Part shown: positions 63,357 through 64,000 of the stretch, piece after piece
Layout of the letters: each line of letters opens with the position of its first letter
Position numbering within the stretch: the stretch's first letter is position 1
DNA from: Amphiscolops sp. MND2022
Taxonomy: Eukaryota
DNA length: 64,000 nucleotides
Assembly: GCA_964187785.1 (NCBI GenBank)
Contig: OZ076409.1
Span: forward strand, 50,036,001-50,100,000
Reading direction: 5' to 3'
Position numbers and translations under genes: made by a program
Notes under the pieces: model-generated
What the model was told of the DNA's origin: nothing
The model's input: the letters and a program-made list of their open reading frames with translations, nothing else
The model's database searches: none

Positions 63357-64000
63357 AGCACCTCTCGTAGATACATGCCAAGTTTCAGGGTGACTGAATG
63401 AGTGGTTCGTCGAAACGGGGAAGGCCCAATTTGCCTCAGTCTCATTTCTGCAGAAACTTGTAATTTTCCAACTAAATCTCGACAAAATTTCAAAGCGTTT
63501 TGAGTTATAGGTTTAATCAGTCACGTTCCAATTTGAGTTTCTGAACTTGCCATTGACTGGCGCCAACACTACTCCTCCAACTACGTTGTCCATGTTACTT
63601 GCACAGGAAGGGGTGCAAACAGGGTGAGAATTTCAACTATCGTTTGCCAATGCGCCAAAAGTTCCTGACAGAGAGCGTGCAGAGCCTCGAGGTCAGTTTG
63701 ACAAGCTCTCATGACCCGGGAGCAAACAAGTATATTATCTTGTTAACAGAGCTTGTTAAGAAAGCTTGTTAACATTGCCATGATAGTGAGAGAAGTTACC
63801 TTTGCAAGTTTTGGCGTCAGTAGAATCCATTCATGATCAGAGCTTGACCCAAGGGACACAATGAGATGTTCTATGACAGAAAAGAAAAGACGCTATGATT
63901 CCTTTTGTGCATCAAAGAAGGTAATGACAACTCTTCAAATTGGGAAGGACACTGTACTCCGAAATGGCTGTAAGAACTTTTGTCAAGTAGCTGGACAGGT

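Noticed and set aside
63362..64000. Coding-looking sequence right of element 3
   Set aside because: Frequent stops in the frames read and no identifiable motif.

Overview
Repeat-rich eukaryotic (animal-like) genomic DNA dominated by Ty3/Gypsy (Metaviridae-type) LTR retrotransposons. Element 1 (<1-~15653, 5' end outside the window) has near-intact gag and pol, an env resembling chuvirus-type/class III fusion glycoproteins, and three extra ORFs. Element 2 (17153-32202; ~1.03-kb LTRs, GGTGC target-site duplication) and element 3 (47192-63356; ~2.36-kb LTRs, AGCAC duplication) are full-length but mutated. Elements 1 and 2 sit in introns of a minus-strand host gene with LDLa and F-type-lectin-like exons. 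The most striking feature is that elements 2 and 3, two divergent families, each carry between pol and the 3' LTR an antisense, multi-exon, GT-AG-spliced gene of roughly 1100 aa. These two genes look homologous and resemble a catalytically decayed hAT-transposase derivative with a zinc finger. In both elements gag starts inside the LTR. Element 3 also has a sense ORF that reads into the 3' LTR where a polypurine tract would be expected. Element 2 has an internal TATA/Inr followed by a hairpin-rich stretch. The middle of the window holds a solo LTR, MITE/HINE-like repeats, a rearranged tandem duplication and two decayed LTR-element fragments. All domain assignments come from motif recognition by eye; no searches were run.
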